Assembly: GCA_963702425.1 (NCBI GenBank)
Contig: CAVPCQ010000012.1
Span: 176,740 to 240,739 of the forward strand
From: an uncultured Acidobacteriota bacterium
GTDB taxonomy: Bacteria; Acidobacteriota; Polarisedimenticolia; J045
Length of the DNA stretch: 64,000 nt
Direction: 5' to 3'
The notes beneath the pieces are model-generated. The model saw only the letters and a list, made by a program, of their open reading frames with translations, was not told where the DNA came from and searched no databases. Position 1 is the stretch's first letter. Every line of letters begins with the position of its first letter. The position numbers and the translations under genes are program-made. Below are positions 28,877 to 38,188 of the stretch, piece after piece.

Positions 28877-29773
28877 ATGAAGGTCTTCAGCGCCGATCGC
28901 TTCCGCTTCCCGCTGCCGGCGGACCACCGCTTCCCGGAGTCCAAGTACACGCTACTGCGCCGGCTGGTCGAGGCGGCCGGTCTCGCCGCCCGCGGCGCGC
29001 TCGAGGAATCGGACGAAGCGGACGACGGGGCGCTCGAGCTGGCGCACGACCCGGAGTACGTCCGCGCCGCGATCGACGGTACGCTCCCTGCCGCGGCGTG
29101 GCGCCGGATCGGCTTTCCCTGGTCGCCGGAGTTCGCCGAGCGCAGCCGCCGCTCGGTCGGCGGGACGATCGCCGCCTGCCGCGCGGCGCTGGAGCACGGG
29201 GTGGCCGTCCACCTGGCGGGCGGCACGCACCACGCGTTCCGGGACCGCGGCGAGGGCTACTGCGTCTTCAACGACGCCGCGGTCGCCGCGCGCGCGATGC
29301 AGGCCGAAGGGCGCGTCCGCCGGGCCGTCGTCGTCGACTGCGACGTGCACCAGGGCAACGGCACCGCGGCGATCTTCCGCGGCGACCCGACGGTCTTCAC
29401 CTTCTCGATCCACGGCGCGAAGAACTTTCCGTTCCGCAAGGAAGCGTCCGACCTCGACGTCGCGCTCCCGAGCGGGACCGGCGACGCGGAGTACCTGGCC
29501 ACCCTCGACGCCGCGCTGGCCGAGGCGCTGGCCCGCGCGCGCGCCGATCTCGCGATCTACATCGCCGGCGCGGACGCGTGGGAGAAGGACCGGCTCGGCA
29601 AGCTGGCGCTCACCGCGGCCGGGATGGCCGAGCGCGACCGGCGCGTCTTTGCGGCCTGCCGCGCGGCCGGGCTGCCGGTCGCGGTCGCGATGGGGGGCGG
29701 CTACGCCCGCGACCCGGCCGACACCGCGCGGATCCACCTGCAGACGGTGCTCGAGGCCTCACGCCTCGGCTGA
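28877..29773 (+). CDS. Histone deacetylase family protein (HDAC11-like)
   Basis: HRFP..KY, GGTHHA, GYCVFND, DCDVHQGNGT, AGAD...DRLG, GGGY. Confidence 0.93.
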   Translation: MKVFSADRFRFPLPADHRFPESKYTLLRRLVEAAGLAARGALEESDEADDGALELAHDPEYVRAAIDGTLPAAAWRRIGFPWSPEFAERSRRSVGGTIAACRAALEHGVAVHLAGGTHHAFRDRGEGYCVFNDAAVAARAMQAEGRVRRAVVVDCDVHQGNGTAAIFRGDPTVFTFSIHGAKNFPFRKEASDLDVALPSGTGDAEYLATLDAALAEALARARADLAIYIAGADAWEKDRLGKLALTAAGMAERDRRVFAACRAAGLPVAVAMGGGYARDPADTARIHLQTVLEASRLG

Positions 29774-30334
29774 CGCCTCCGTCGATCCCGAGACGCCGCC
29801 CGAGACGATCAGCGTCATCGCCGTGCGGCTGTCGACGGCCAGCGGCCGGACTCGCTCGGCCGGCACGACGATCAGGTTCCCGGCGAAGTTGTACGACTGC
29901 GGCAGGTAGACCGCCGCCTGTCCGGGCAGCCCGAGCGTACCCAGATCGTCGCGCGTCACGAAGCCGAGGACCTCGACGCCGTCGGCGACGCGGACCACCA
30001 CCGGCCGGTCGAAGCGCCGCTTCTCGCCGACGAAGGCGTCGATCAGATCGCGCAGCGAGGTGTAGATCAGCTGCACGAGTGGCGTGCGCTTGAAGAGCCG
30101 GTCGATCGCACCGAAGAACCAGCGCATCGCGAACCCGCTGGCCAGCGCGCCGATTACCACGATCAGCGCCACCGTGAGCAGGAACCCGACGCCGGGGACC
30201 ACCGGCCGCCTGAGGATCGCGGCGATCGCGCGGTCGACGGTCGTCACCGCCAGCCAGACGACGTAGATCGCGGCGGCCGCGGGGACGACGACGAGCAGGC
30301 CGCGCATGAAGTAGGTCGCGAATCTCTGGAACAT
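29759..30334 (-). CDS. DUF502 family membrane protein
   Basis: FMRGLLVVVP, PGVG, PLVQLIY, GFVT, VYLPQSYNFAG, IVSGG. Confidence 0.88.
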   Translation of the reverse strand: MFQRFATYFMRGLLVVVPAAAAIYVVWLAVTTVDRAIAAILRRPVVPGVGFLLTVALIVVIGALASGFAMRWFFGAIDRLFKRTPLVQLIYTSLRDLIDAFVGEKRRFDRPVVVRVADGVEVLGFVTRDDLGTLGLPGQAAVYLPQSYNFAGNLIVVPAERVRPLAVDSRTAMTLIVSGGVSGSTEASAEA

Positions 30335-30507
30335 GGGGGGTCTCCCGGGAGGGCCGTCCACGGTATCACGGGCCGCCGCGGGCCCCGGAGCGGCCTCCCG
30401 GAGCGCGCGCCGAACGCGAACGCTGCCCACGTCCCCCTTATCTAGTTGTCCGTAATAGTCTTTTTTAGCTTTTTTTAGTCCGTTTTGTTCAAGCAGGGGC
30501 CTGCGGG

Positions 30508-30549
30508 TTGACAGTATCCGATCATTGGTTGTATGTTTAACAACGTTCA
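30508..30549 (+). promoter_or_regulatory. Sigma70-type promoter with overlapping putative TetR operator
   Basis: TTGACA-N18-TATGTT, then imperfect palindrome TTAAC-AAC-GTTCA (30537-30549), in an AT-rich patch. Confidence 0.6.
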
Positions 30550-30566
30550 CTAATCGAGGACTGGTC

Positions 30567-31208
30567 ATGGGATCCGCGGAGCGCAGGGAACGGGAGCGGC
30601 AGCAGGTCCGGGAGCGGATCCTCGACGCCGCTCGCGAGTTGTTCGTCGCCCAGGGCTACGACGCCGTGACGATGCGCGGCATCGCCGAGCGGATCGAATA
30701 CTCCGCTCCGGCGATCTACTTCCATTTCGAAGACAAGCTCGCCGTCGTGCGCGCCCTGTGCGAGGCCGATTTCCTCGCGCTCGCAGAGAGCTTCGGGACC
30801 ATCGCCCGCGTCGCGGACCCCGTCGAGCGGATCCGCGCCGCCGGGAAGGCCTACGTCGAGTTCGGGCTGACGCATCCGCACCACTACCGGCTGATGTTCA
30901 TGACCCAGCTCCCGGCGATCCCGACCGAAGACTCGGGTCTCGAGCACGGCAATCCGGAGCAGGACGCCTACGCTTTCCTGCGCCTCGCGGTGGCCGACGC
31001 GATCGCGGCGGGCCGCTTTCGGCCGGAGTTCGCGGACCCCGAGACCGTGGCGCAGATGCTCTGGGCCGTCGTTCACGGCGTCGTGGCGCTGCACATCGCC
31101 AAGGGGAGTGATGCCTGGATCGACTGGCGTCCGGCCCGGGAGACCGCCGCCCTGGCGATCGCCGCCGCACTGCGCGGAATCGTCCGCGACAACCGTTCGG
31201 GGAACTAG
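30567..31208 (+). CDS. TetR/AcrR family regulator
   Basis: ILDAARELF...VTMRGIA..IEYSAPAIYFHFEDK HTH; W..VHG C-domain. Confidence 0.94.
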   Translation: MGSAERRERERQQVRERILDAARELFVAQGYDAVTMRGIAERIEYSAPAIYFHFEDKLAVVRALCEADFLALAESFGTIARVADPVERIRAAGKAYVEFGLTHPHHYRLMFMTQLPAIPTEDSGLEHGNPEQDAYAFLRLAVADAIAAGRFRPEFADPETVAQMLWAVVHGVVALHIAKGSDAWIDWRPARETAALAIAAALRGIVRDNRSGN

Positions 31209-31211
31209 ATC

Positions 31212-32339
31212 ATGGTCGACCTCGCCTGGAAGAACCTGCTGCACGACCGGATGCGCTTCCTGATCACGGTCTCGGGCGTCGCCTTCGCCGTGACCCTCGT
31301 CTTCGTCCAGGTCGGGCTCTTCCTCGGCCTGCTCGACAATGCCTCGATCACGATCGACCGCCTCGACGCCGACCTGTGGGTCACCTCGCGCGCCGTACCC
31401 AATGTCGACTTCGCGCAGCCGTTCCCGGAGACCCACCTCCAGCGCGTGCGCTCGGTGCCAGGCGTGCTGCGGGCCGACAACCTGATCGTCGCGTTCGCCC
31501 CGATCGCGCTGCCGACCGGCGCGCGCGAGAGCGTGCTGATCTACGCGCTCGAGGACTTCGGCCGCTGGAGTTTCCCCTGGCGCGTGACCGAAGGGCGTCT
31601 CGAGGACCTGCGCCGCGGCGACTACCTCTTCCTGGACGGCTCGGCGACCCGCCGCTTCGGTCCGTTCACCGTCGGCGACTATCGCGAGGTGGGAGGGCGC
31701 CGCCTCAAGATCATCGGTCGCACGGAGGAGGCCCGCTCGTTCACGACGACCCCGATCGCGTTCATGGACCTGCGCCGGGCCCAGGAGCTGCTGCGCGACG
31801 ATCTCGCCGGTCAGGCGCACTACATCGTCGTCAAGCTCGCGCCCGGCGCCGACGTGTCCGCGGTGCGCGACGCGATCCGCCGGCGCCTTCCGTACAACGA
31901 TGTCTTCTCGCGCGAGGAATTCGCGCGCCACTCGCGTTCGTACTGGATCGTCAGCACCGGACTCGGGATGAACATGGGGACGACGGTCCTGCTCGGCTGC
32001 CTGGTCGGGATCGTCGTCGTCGCCCAGACGCTCTATACCTCGACGATGGAGCACCTGCGCGAGTTCGGCACCGTCAAGGCGATCGGCGGCGGGAACCGCG
32101 ATATCTACGCGATCATCGCCAAGCAGGCGGCCATCGCCGCGATCATCGGCTACGCGGTCGGCGTCGGCATGGCGTTCGCCATGCGGCCGGTGATGGCGGC
32201 GCTGGACCTCAAGCTGATCATCGGGGCCCCGCTCGCCGCAGCGGTCTTCGCCGGAACCGTGATCTTCTGCCTGGCTGCCGCCGCGCTCTCGTTCCGCAAG
32301 GTGGCGGCGATCGACCCCGCACTCGTCTTCCGCACCTGA
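31212..32339 (+). CDS. ABC exporter permease (FtsX/DevC-like)
   Basis: LAWKNLLHDR, ADLWV, REFGTVKAIG, DPALVF. Confidence 0.9.
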   Translation: MVDLAWKNLLHDRMRFLITVSGVAFAVTLVFVQVGLFLGLLDNASITIDRLDADLWVTSRAVPNVDFAQPFPETHLQRVRSVPGVLRADNLIVAFAPIALPTGARESVLIYALEDFGRWSFPWRVTEGRLEDLRRGDYLFLDGSATRRFGPFTVGDYREVGGRRLKIIGRTEEARSFTTTPIAFMDLRRAQELLRDDLAGQAHYIVVKLAPGADVSAVRDAIRRRLPYNDVFSREEFARHSRSYWIVSTGLGMNMGTTVLLGCLVGIVVVAQTLYTSTMEHLREFGTVKAIGGGNRDIYAIIAKQAAIAAIIGYAVGVGMAFAMRPVMAALDLKLIIGAPLAAAVFAGTVIFCLAAAALSFRKVAAIDPALVFRT

Positions 32340-32353
32340 CCCGGGAGGTTCCG

Positions 32354-33025
32354 ATGCCCGTCCTGTCGGCCCACGACGTCACGAAGTGCTTTCGCGAGGG
32401 ACGGGAGCCAGTCCTCGTCCTGAAGGGGATCTCGATGGCGGTCGAGCGCGGCGAGATCGTCTCGCTCGAGGGGCCTTCCGGCTCGGGCAAGACGACCCTG
32501 CTCTCGATCCTCGGCTGCATCCTGACGCCCAGCACGGGCCGCGTGACGATCGACGGCGAGGCGGTCGACGCCCTGCGGCCGGCGTCGCTGCCGCGCCTGC
32601 GCCGCCGCGCGATCGGCTTCGTCTTCCAGCAGTTCAACCTCTTCCCGGCGCTCACGGCGCGGGAGAACGTCGAGTACGCGCTCAACGTGAAGGGGCTTCG
32701 CGGCACGGCCGCGCGGCGCGAGGCGGAGCGCACCCTCGACGCCGTGGGCCTGGCGGACCGCAGCAGCTACCTGCCGCGCGACCTCTCCGGCGGCCAGAAG
32801 CAGCGCGTCGCGATCGCACGCGCGCTCGCCGGCCGCCCGCCCGTGCTGCTGGCCGACGAGCCGACCGCCAACCTCGACCAGCAGAACGGCATCCAGATCC
32901 TCGAGCTGTTCCGCGACCTCGCCCGGCGGGAGAACGGTGCGCTGCTGATCGTGACCCACGACCCCAAGGTGCGCGCGGTAGCCGACCGTGTGCTGCGCAT
33001 CGAAGACGGCCGCCTGGCCGCGTGA
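32354..33025 (+). CDS. ABC transporter ATP-binding protein
   Basis: GPSGSGKT, FVFQQFNL, LSGGQKQRVAIAR, LADEPT, VTHD. Confidence 0.95.
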   Translation: MPVLSAHDVTKCFREGREPVLVLKGISMAVERGEIVSLEGPSGSGKTTLLSILGCILTPSTGRVTIDGEAVDALRPASLPRLRRRAIGFVFQQFNLFPALTARENVEYALNVKGLRGTAARREAERTLDAVGLADRSSYLPRDLSGGQKQRVAIARALAGRPPVLLADEPTANLDQQNGIQILELFRDLARRENGALLIVTHDPKVRAVADRVLRIEDGRLAA

Positions 33026-33051
33026 TCGACGACCACCTCCGAGGACACCCC

Positions 33052-33963
33052 ATGACCACGCTGACCCTGATCACCCCCCGCCGCACCGTGCTCGCATCCG
33101 CCACCTTCGTCGTCGCGCTCGCGCTCGCCTGGCAGGCCGGGGTCCTGCGCGGGATCGCCCCCGGACACGTCGGAGCGTCCGCTCCCACCGGGCCGCCGGC
33201 GGCGCCCGGCGCCGCCGCGCCGTCGCAGGTCATCGCCGAGGGACGCGTGGTCGCCTACCCCGGAGCCGAAGTCGTGGTCGGCACTGACCTCCCCGGCACG
33301 ATCGTGCGGCTGCCGGTCGAAGAGAAGCAGCCGGTCCGGCGCGGCCAGCTCCTCGCCGAACTCCGGGCCGACGACCTCCGCGCGGAACTGGACCAGGCCC
33401 GGGCTGGCGTCGCCGAGGCCGAGGCCGACGTCCGCCTCTACGAGCTCGAAACCGAGCGCGCCGGGCGCCTCGTCGCGGAGGCGGTCGAGTCGCCGCAGTA
33501 CGCCGACCTGCAGCGGCGCAATCTCGACGCGGCGCGCGCGCGGCGCGAGACCGCGCTGGCCGCGGTCCGCCGGCTCGAGGCGCAGTTGGACAAGACCCGG
33601 ATCCTGGCGCCGATCGACGGCACGGTGGTCGAGCGCCGGATCGACCGCGGCGAGTCGGTCGAGGCGGGGGCGACGCTGCTGACGATCGCCGACCTCGATC
33701 GGCTGCGGATCGAGGCCGAGGTCGACGAGTTCGACGCGGCGCGCGTCCGCCTCGGCGCGTCCGTGACGATCGTCGCCGAAGGCTACGACGGCCGCTCCTG
33801 GCGCGGCGTGGTCGAGACGATCCCGGATCGCGTCGTCCCGCGTGAATTCAAGATGCGCGACCCGTCCCGCCCCTCGGACACCCGGGTCCTGCTGGTCAAG
33901 ATCGCGTTCGCGGAACCGACCGAGCTCAAGCTCGGTCAGCGGGTGGAGATCTCGATCGACTGA
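33052..33963 (+). CDS. Membrane fusion / periplasmic adaptor subunit
   Basis: N-terminal TM, lipoyl halves (V.RGQLLAEL; APIDGTV), alpha-hairpin, AEVDEFD. Confidence 0.9.
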   Translation: MTTLTLITPRRTVLASATFVVALALAWQAGVLRGIAPGHVGASAPTGPPAAPGAAAPSQVIAEGRVVAYPGAEVVVGTDLPGTIVRLPVEEKQPVRRGQLLAELRADDLRAELDQARAGVAEAEADVRLYELETERAGRLVAEAVESPQYADLQRRNLDAARARRETALAAVRRLEAQLDKTRILAPIDGTVVERRIDRGESVEAGATLLTIADLDRLRIEAEVDEFDAARVRLGASVTIVAEGYDGRSWRGVVETIPDRVVPREFKMRDPSRPSDTRVLLVKIAFAEPTELKLGQRVEISID

Positions 33964-33997
33964 CGCCGCCGCGTCCTGCTGCGTGACGCCGCGCCGG

Positions 33998-34537
33998 CTA
34001 CCCCCCCGCGATCGCCATCTGCCACTGCTTCACGGCCTCGAGCGGCCAGACCAGCATCAGGACGTTCAGCAGCAGGCTGTCCCGGATCGCGGCGATCATC
34101 GCCAGCTCGGTCGCGACGAAGAGTACGACCGAGGCGCGGACGGGAATTCGGGCCGCGAGCCCGTAGCCGAGCGCGCAGAACAGGATGTCGCCCAGCGTGT
34201 TGACGACGCTGTCGCCGAAGTAGTCGAGCGACATCGTCGCCTCGCGGTAACGGCGGATGATGAACTCGGAGTTCTCCAGGACCTCCCAGCCGGCCTCGAT
34301 CCCCAGCGCCAGGGCGAAGCGGGCCCCGCGCGGCAGCGGCAGGCGGGAGAGCAGCGCGTAGAACAGCAGGCCGTGCAGGACGTGGCTGAAGCTGTACGGG
34401 TCGACGAGGTGCTGCGAGTTGTGGCGGCTCCAGACCTGCCACGACGACAGGTTCCACCCGCCGCAGGCACACCACCAGGGCTGGCCCTGGAAAGAAAGCC
34501 AGGCGGTGGTCGCGACCAGGATCGCGACCGCCGCCAC
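33998..34537 (-). CDS. DUF2585 family membrane protein (start may be CTG at 34597)
   Basis: WWCACG, HNSQHLVDPYSFSHVLHG, WEVLENS, YFGDS, IRDSLLLN. Confidence 0.88.
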   Translation of the reverse strand: MAAVAILVATTAWLSFQGQPWWCACGGWNLSSWQVWSRHNSQHLVDPYSFSHVLHGLLFYALLSRLPLPRGARFALALGIEAGWEVLENSEFIIRRYREATMSLDYFGDSVVNTLGDILFCALGYGLAARIPVRASVVLFVATELAMIAAIRDSLLLNVLMLVWPLEAVKQWQMAIAGG

Positions 34538-34593
34538 GGTGCCCGCGGCCCACTCCCCGTGCGCGGGCGGGGCGGGAGGACGGGCCGCCCGGC

Positions 34594-36552
34594 TCAGCGC
34601 ACCTCCGCCGTCGAACCTTCAACGGCCTTCCACGGCTCGGCGCGCCCGCCGAGCTGCTGGGCGAGGAACTCGTCGATCCGCCCGTAGAAGTCGAGCCGGT
34701 TGTTGGGCCGTGCGAAGCCGTGCCCCTCGTCGGGATAGACGACGTAGGTCACCGGGATCTTGTTCTCGCGCATCGCCGCGACCATCTGGTCGGCCTCGCG
34801 GATGTTGACGCGCGGGTCGTTCGCCCCCTGGGCGATGATCAGCGGCACCTTGACGTTCTTCGCGTGGAAGAGCGGCGAGATCTTCGCGTTCAGCGCCTCG
34901 TCCTTCTCGACGTCGCCGACGCGCAGGACGAGGATCTTCTTGAAGGTCGACCAGTAGGGCGGGATCGACTCGAAGAGCGTCCTGATGTTCGAGGGCCCGA
35001 CGATGTCGACGCCGCAGGCGTACAGCGCGGGAGTGAAGGTCAGGCCGGCGAGCGTGGCGTAGCCGCCGTAGGAGCCGCCGTAGACGCAGACCTTCTTCGG
35101 GTCGGCGATCCCCTTCCCGACCGCCCACCTCACCGCGTCGGTCAGGTCGTGCTGCATCGCGCCGACGCCCCACTGCTCGTTGCCGGCGTTGAGGAACTTC
35201 TTGCCGAACCCGGTCGAGCCGCGGAAATTGACCTGCAGCACGGCGTAGCCGCGGTTGGCCAGCCACTGCGCCTCGGGGTCGTAGCCCCATCCGTCGCGCG
35301 CCCACGGGCCGCCGTGGACGTTCAGCACGAGCGGCAGGTTCTTCGCCTCGAGCCCGACCGGGAGCGTCAGGTAGGAGACCAGGTCCAGCCCGTCCCGCGC
35401 CTTGATGACGACCGGCTCGATCTTCGCCAGCTGGTACTTCGCCAGCTCCGGCTGGTTGACGAACAGCAGCTCGCCCTTCTTCGACTCGCGGTTCCAGCTG
35501 TACCAGGCCACCGGCCCGTCGTCGACCTGGAAGGCGACGATCCAGTGCCTGTCGGCCCGGTCGCGACTGACGACGGAGAACTCCCCCCGGTGGAGCTTCG
35601 CAAGCGCCTCGAAGTCGCCCTTGATCGCCGGGTCGAGTACCGTCCACTCGTTCTTGAGGTAATTGAAGCCGACCGCCTGGATCTCGTACGTATCGGGGTG
35701 GACCATCACGGCCCCGGCGTCGGCCCTGGGATCCTGCGCGATCTTCGCCAGCTCCTTGCCGGTCGCGCCGTCGACCCGCAGCACGCGGGTCGTGTCGGAC
35801 CCCAGCGAGCTCTCGATCACCAGCGTCTTTCCGTCTCTCGAGAAGGTGACGGGACCGCCCTCTTCCAGGAACGGCCAGCTCATGAACTCGCGCCAGGGCT
35901 CGTCCTTGCCGTCGCGCAGCCGCAGCACGGTGCTTCCGTCCGCCGCATTGACCGCCGTCGCGCCGCGGATCACGAAATCCGCGTCGGTGGTCCAGCCCTC
36001 CACGTCGCCCGGGTTCTGCGTGTCGAGCACGACGGCGCCGGTCGTAAGGTCGATCCGGTACATGTCGAAGACGCGGCGGTCGCGGATGTTCAGGCCGACC
36101 AGCAGCTCGTTCGGGTGATCCTTGTCGGCCGCGATATTCGTGGCGCGGATCCCCTGGAACGGCGTCAGGTCGCGCACCACCTTCGTTGCCAGGTCGGCGG
36201 CATAGACGTGGAGGTTCTCGTCGCCGCCGATGTCCTGCAGGTACAGGATCCGCGTGCCGTCCTCCGACCAGAAATACTGCCGGATGCCGCGGTAGGTGTC
36301 GTTCGTGACCTGGACGTCGTCGCTCTTCCCGAGCGTCCGGACGAAAACGTTGAGCACGTCCTTGTCGTTCGGCGCGACCCAGGCCAGGCGCGTCCCGTCG
36401 GGCGAGAGCTTCGGCGACGCCTTGACCGGGTTGCCGAACAGGATGTCGCGCGGGATCAGCGGCGGCAGCGTGGCGTTACCCGCCGCCGGCACGGCTGCGA
36501 GGGCGAGCGGAGTGATCAGGAGTAGGGGGATCAGGAGCGCGAGACGCTTCAC
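34594..36552 (-). CDS. Secreted S9 family (dipeptidyl/acylaminoacyl) peptidase
   Basis: GGAGGAGG RBS plus GTG, signal peptide, LSPDG, VHGGP, GGSYGG, GANDPRV, DEGHG. Confidence 0.95.
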   Translation of the reverse strand: MKRLALLIPLLLITPLALAAVPAAGNATLPPLIPRDILFGNPVKASPKLSPDGTRLAWVAPNDKDVLNVFVRTLGKSDDVQVTNDTYRGIRQYFWSEDGTRILYLQDIGGDENLHVYAADLATKVVRDLTPFQGIRATNIAADKDHPNELLVGLNIRDRRVFDMYRIDLTTGAVVLDTQNPGDVEGWTTDADFVIRGATAVNAADGSTVLRLRDGKDEPWREFMSWPFLEEGGPVTFSRDGKTLVIESSLGSDTTRVLRVDGATGKELAKIAQDPRADAGAVMVHPDTYEIQAVGFNYLKNEWTVLDPAIKGDFEALAKLHRGEFSVVSRDRADRHWIVAFQVDDGPVAWYSWNRESKKGELLFVNQPELAKYQLAKIEPVVIKARDGLDLVSYLTLPVGLEAKNLPLVLNVHGGPWARDGWGYDPEAQWLANRGYAVLQVNFRGSTGFGKKFLNAGNEQWGVGAMQHDLTDAVRWAVGKGIADPKKVCVYGGSYGGYATLAGLTFTPALYACGVDIVGPSNIRTLFESIPPYWSTFKKILVLRVGDVEKDEALNAKISPLFHAKNVKVPLIIAQGANDPRVNIREADQMVAAMRENKIPVTYVVYPDEGHGFARPNNRLDFYGRIDEFLAQQLGGRAEPWKAVEGSTAEVR

Positions 36553-36695
36553 GGGGACCTCCTCCAGGAGCGGGGTTTGCGGGAGCGCGGTGAAGATACA
36601 GACAAGCAGCGCGACGGCGGCCCCTGCACCGAGGATGGAGGCGGCGAGCGGTCTCGGACGGCGCGTAAACGGCAGCCGCCCGGGTCGTTTGTCAG

Positions 36696-38060
36696 TCATG
36701 CGAGTTCCTCCGCGATCTCGTCCGCCCAGCGCTCGAGCCGTCCGAGATCGCAAGCCATGTCGAGCACGGTGTAGCGGCGTCGCACGTGACGGGCGGCGCG
36801 CAGGGCGTGGGCCGCGCGGGCGCGTGTCACGTCGATCGCGCCGAAGCGGGCCGGGACGCCGGCCGCCTCCAAGGCGCCCTCGATCCCGCGGCTTCCCGCC
36901 AGCTGCAGCGCCACCCGCGGGGCGAGCTCGCTCCAGGCGACTGCCGCGCGCGCGGCGCGCGCGGCCCGCCCGCCCCCGAGGCTCCGCTTCACCGACGCTT
37001 CGTGCGCCACCTCGGCCCGGGCCGCGTCGCCGAGGTGGGCGTGCAGTGCATCGAACGCGGGTCCCGGCGGTTCGACCGGCGACGCAGCGCCCGGATCGGA
37101 CCGGCCCGCAGCGTCGAACAACCGCCGGTAGAGCGCCAGCGACGCGCGGGTCCCGACCGCCACCTGCTCGCCGTGCAGGAACGGCGTGCGCTGCCAGCCG
37201 GTCTCGCTCATGTCGAGATAGTGCGAGATCAGGTGCTCGCCCCCCGACGCCGGCGAGGAGGTGCCGGCCAGCATCATGGAGATCCCGGACAGGAGCAGCG
37301 CCTCGACCAGCACGGCGACCGCGTCGCGCTCGCCCCGGCCGATTCCTCGCGCGACGGCGCGCGCGCGCGCGACGGCGTCCTCGGCCACGGAGAGCGCGGT
37401 CGGGCAGAGCGGCTCGTCGAGCAGCCAGGACGCGAGCACCCAGTCGGCCCCCGACACCGGCTTGCTGCAGACGTCGCCGAAGCCGGCCGCGGCCAGGCGC
37501 GGCGGCGCGGCAGCCAGAACCTCGAGGTCGAGCAGCAGCACCCGGGCCGGTTCGGCCGGGACGGTGACCTTGAGCCCCCCGACGGTCAGCGCCGCGATCG
37601 GCGACAGGTAGCCGTTCATCGATGCCGCGGTCGCCAGCGTGACGAGCGGCACGCCGAGCTCCCCCGCGATCGCCTTCCCGAGATCGTTCAGGGTCCCGGC
37701 GCCGACCGCGACGACCGCCGCCGGCGGCCCCCCGCCGCCGAGCCTCTCGCGCAGCCACGACAGCGCCGCGTCGTCGGCGCGCGGAGGCGCCGGGAAGACC
37801 GCCTCGCGCAGCGCGTGCCCGCCGGCCGCGAGCTCCCGGGCGACCCGCGCCCCGGCCGCGGCCTGGGTGTTCGGATCGGCCAGGAGCAGCAGCGGTGCGC
37901 GCAGACCCACCGCGCGCCCGATCGCCTCCGCCGCCCCGTCGATGACCCCGGCGCCGCAAAGGACCGTGCGCCGCCCCAACCGGTGGGTGCGGCCGCAGGG
38001 GCAGTCGATCGGCTCGCCCCCCAGCCAGGGGGCGAGCGAGTCCGGAGCCGGGACCACCAT
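36696..38060 (-). CDS. sn-glycerol-1-phosphate dehydrogenase (AraM/EgsA-like)
   Basis: CPCGRTH, GAGTLNDLGK, TAASMNGY, AGFGD, PASGGEHLISH, HGEQVAVG. Confidence 0.85.
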   Translation of the reverse strand: MVVPAPDSLAPWLGGEPIDCPCGRTHRLGRRTVLCGAGVIDGAAEAIGRAVGLRAPLLLLADPNTQAAAGARVARELAAGGHALREAVFPAPPRADDAALSWLRERLGGGGPPAAVVAVGAGTLNDLGKAIAGELGVPLVTLATAASMNGYLSPIAALTVGGLKVTVPAEPARVLLLDLEVLAAAPPRLAAAGFGDVCSKPVSGADWVLASWLLDEPLCPTALSVAEDAVARARAVARGIGRGERDAVAVLVEALLLSGISMMLAGTSSPASGGEHLISHYLDMSETGWQRTPFLHGEQVAVGTRASLALYRRLFDAAGRSDPGAASPVEPPGPAFDALHAHLGDAARAEVAHEASVKRSLGGGRAARAARAAVAWSELAPRVALQLAGSRGIEGALEAAGVPARFGAIDVTRARAAHALRAARHVRRRYTVLDMACDLGRLERWADEIAEELA

Positions 38061-38188
38061 CGGGAGAGTGTAGCCGGGGACCCCTTCCGGCACCGGCTCG
38101 CCCTCCCGGCGCGCGACGGTCAGCCCGGGCCCCCGGTGGATGATCCGGGTTAATCTCGCGTTTCGCGCCGCGCACCGGAGAATCGAAC

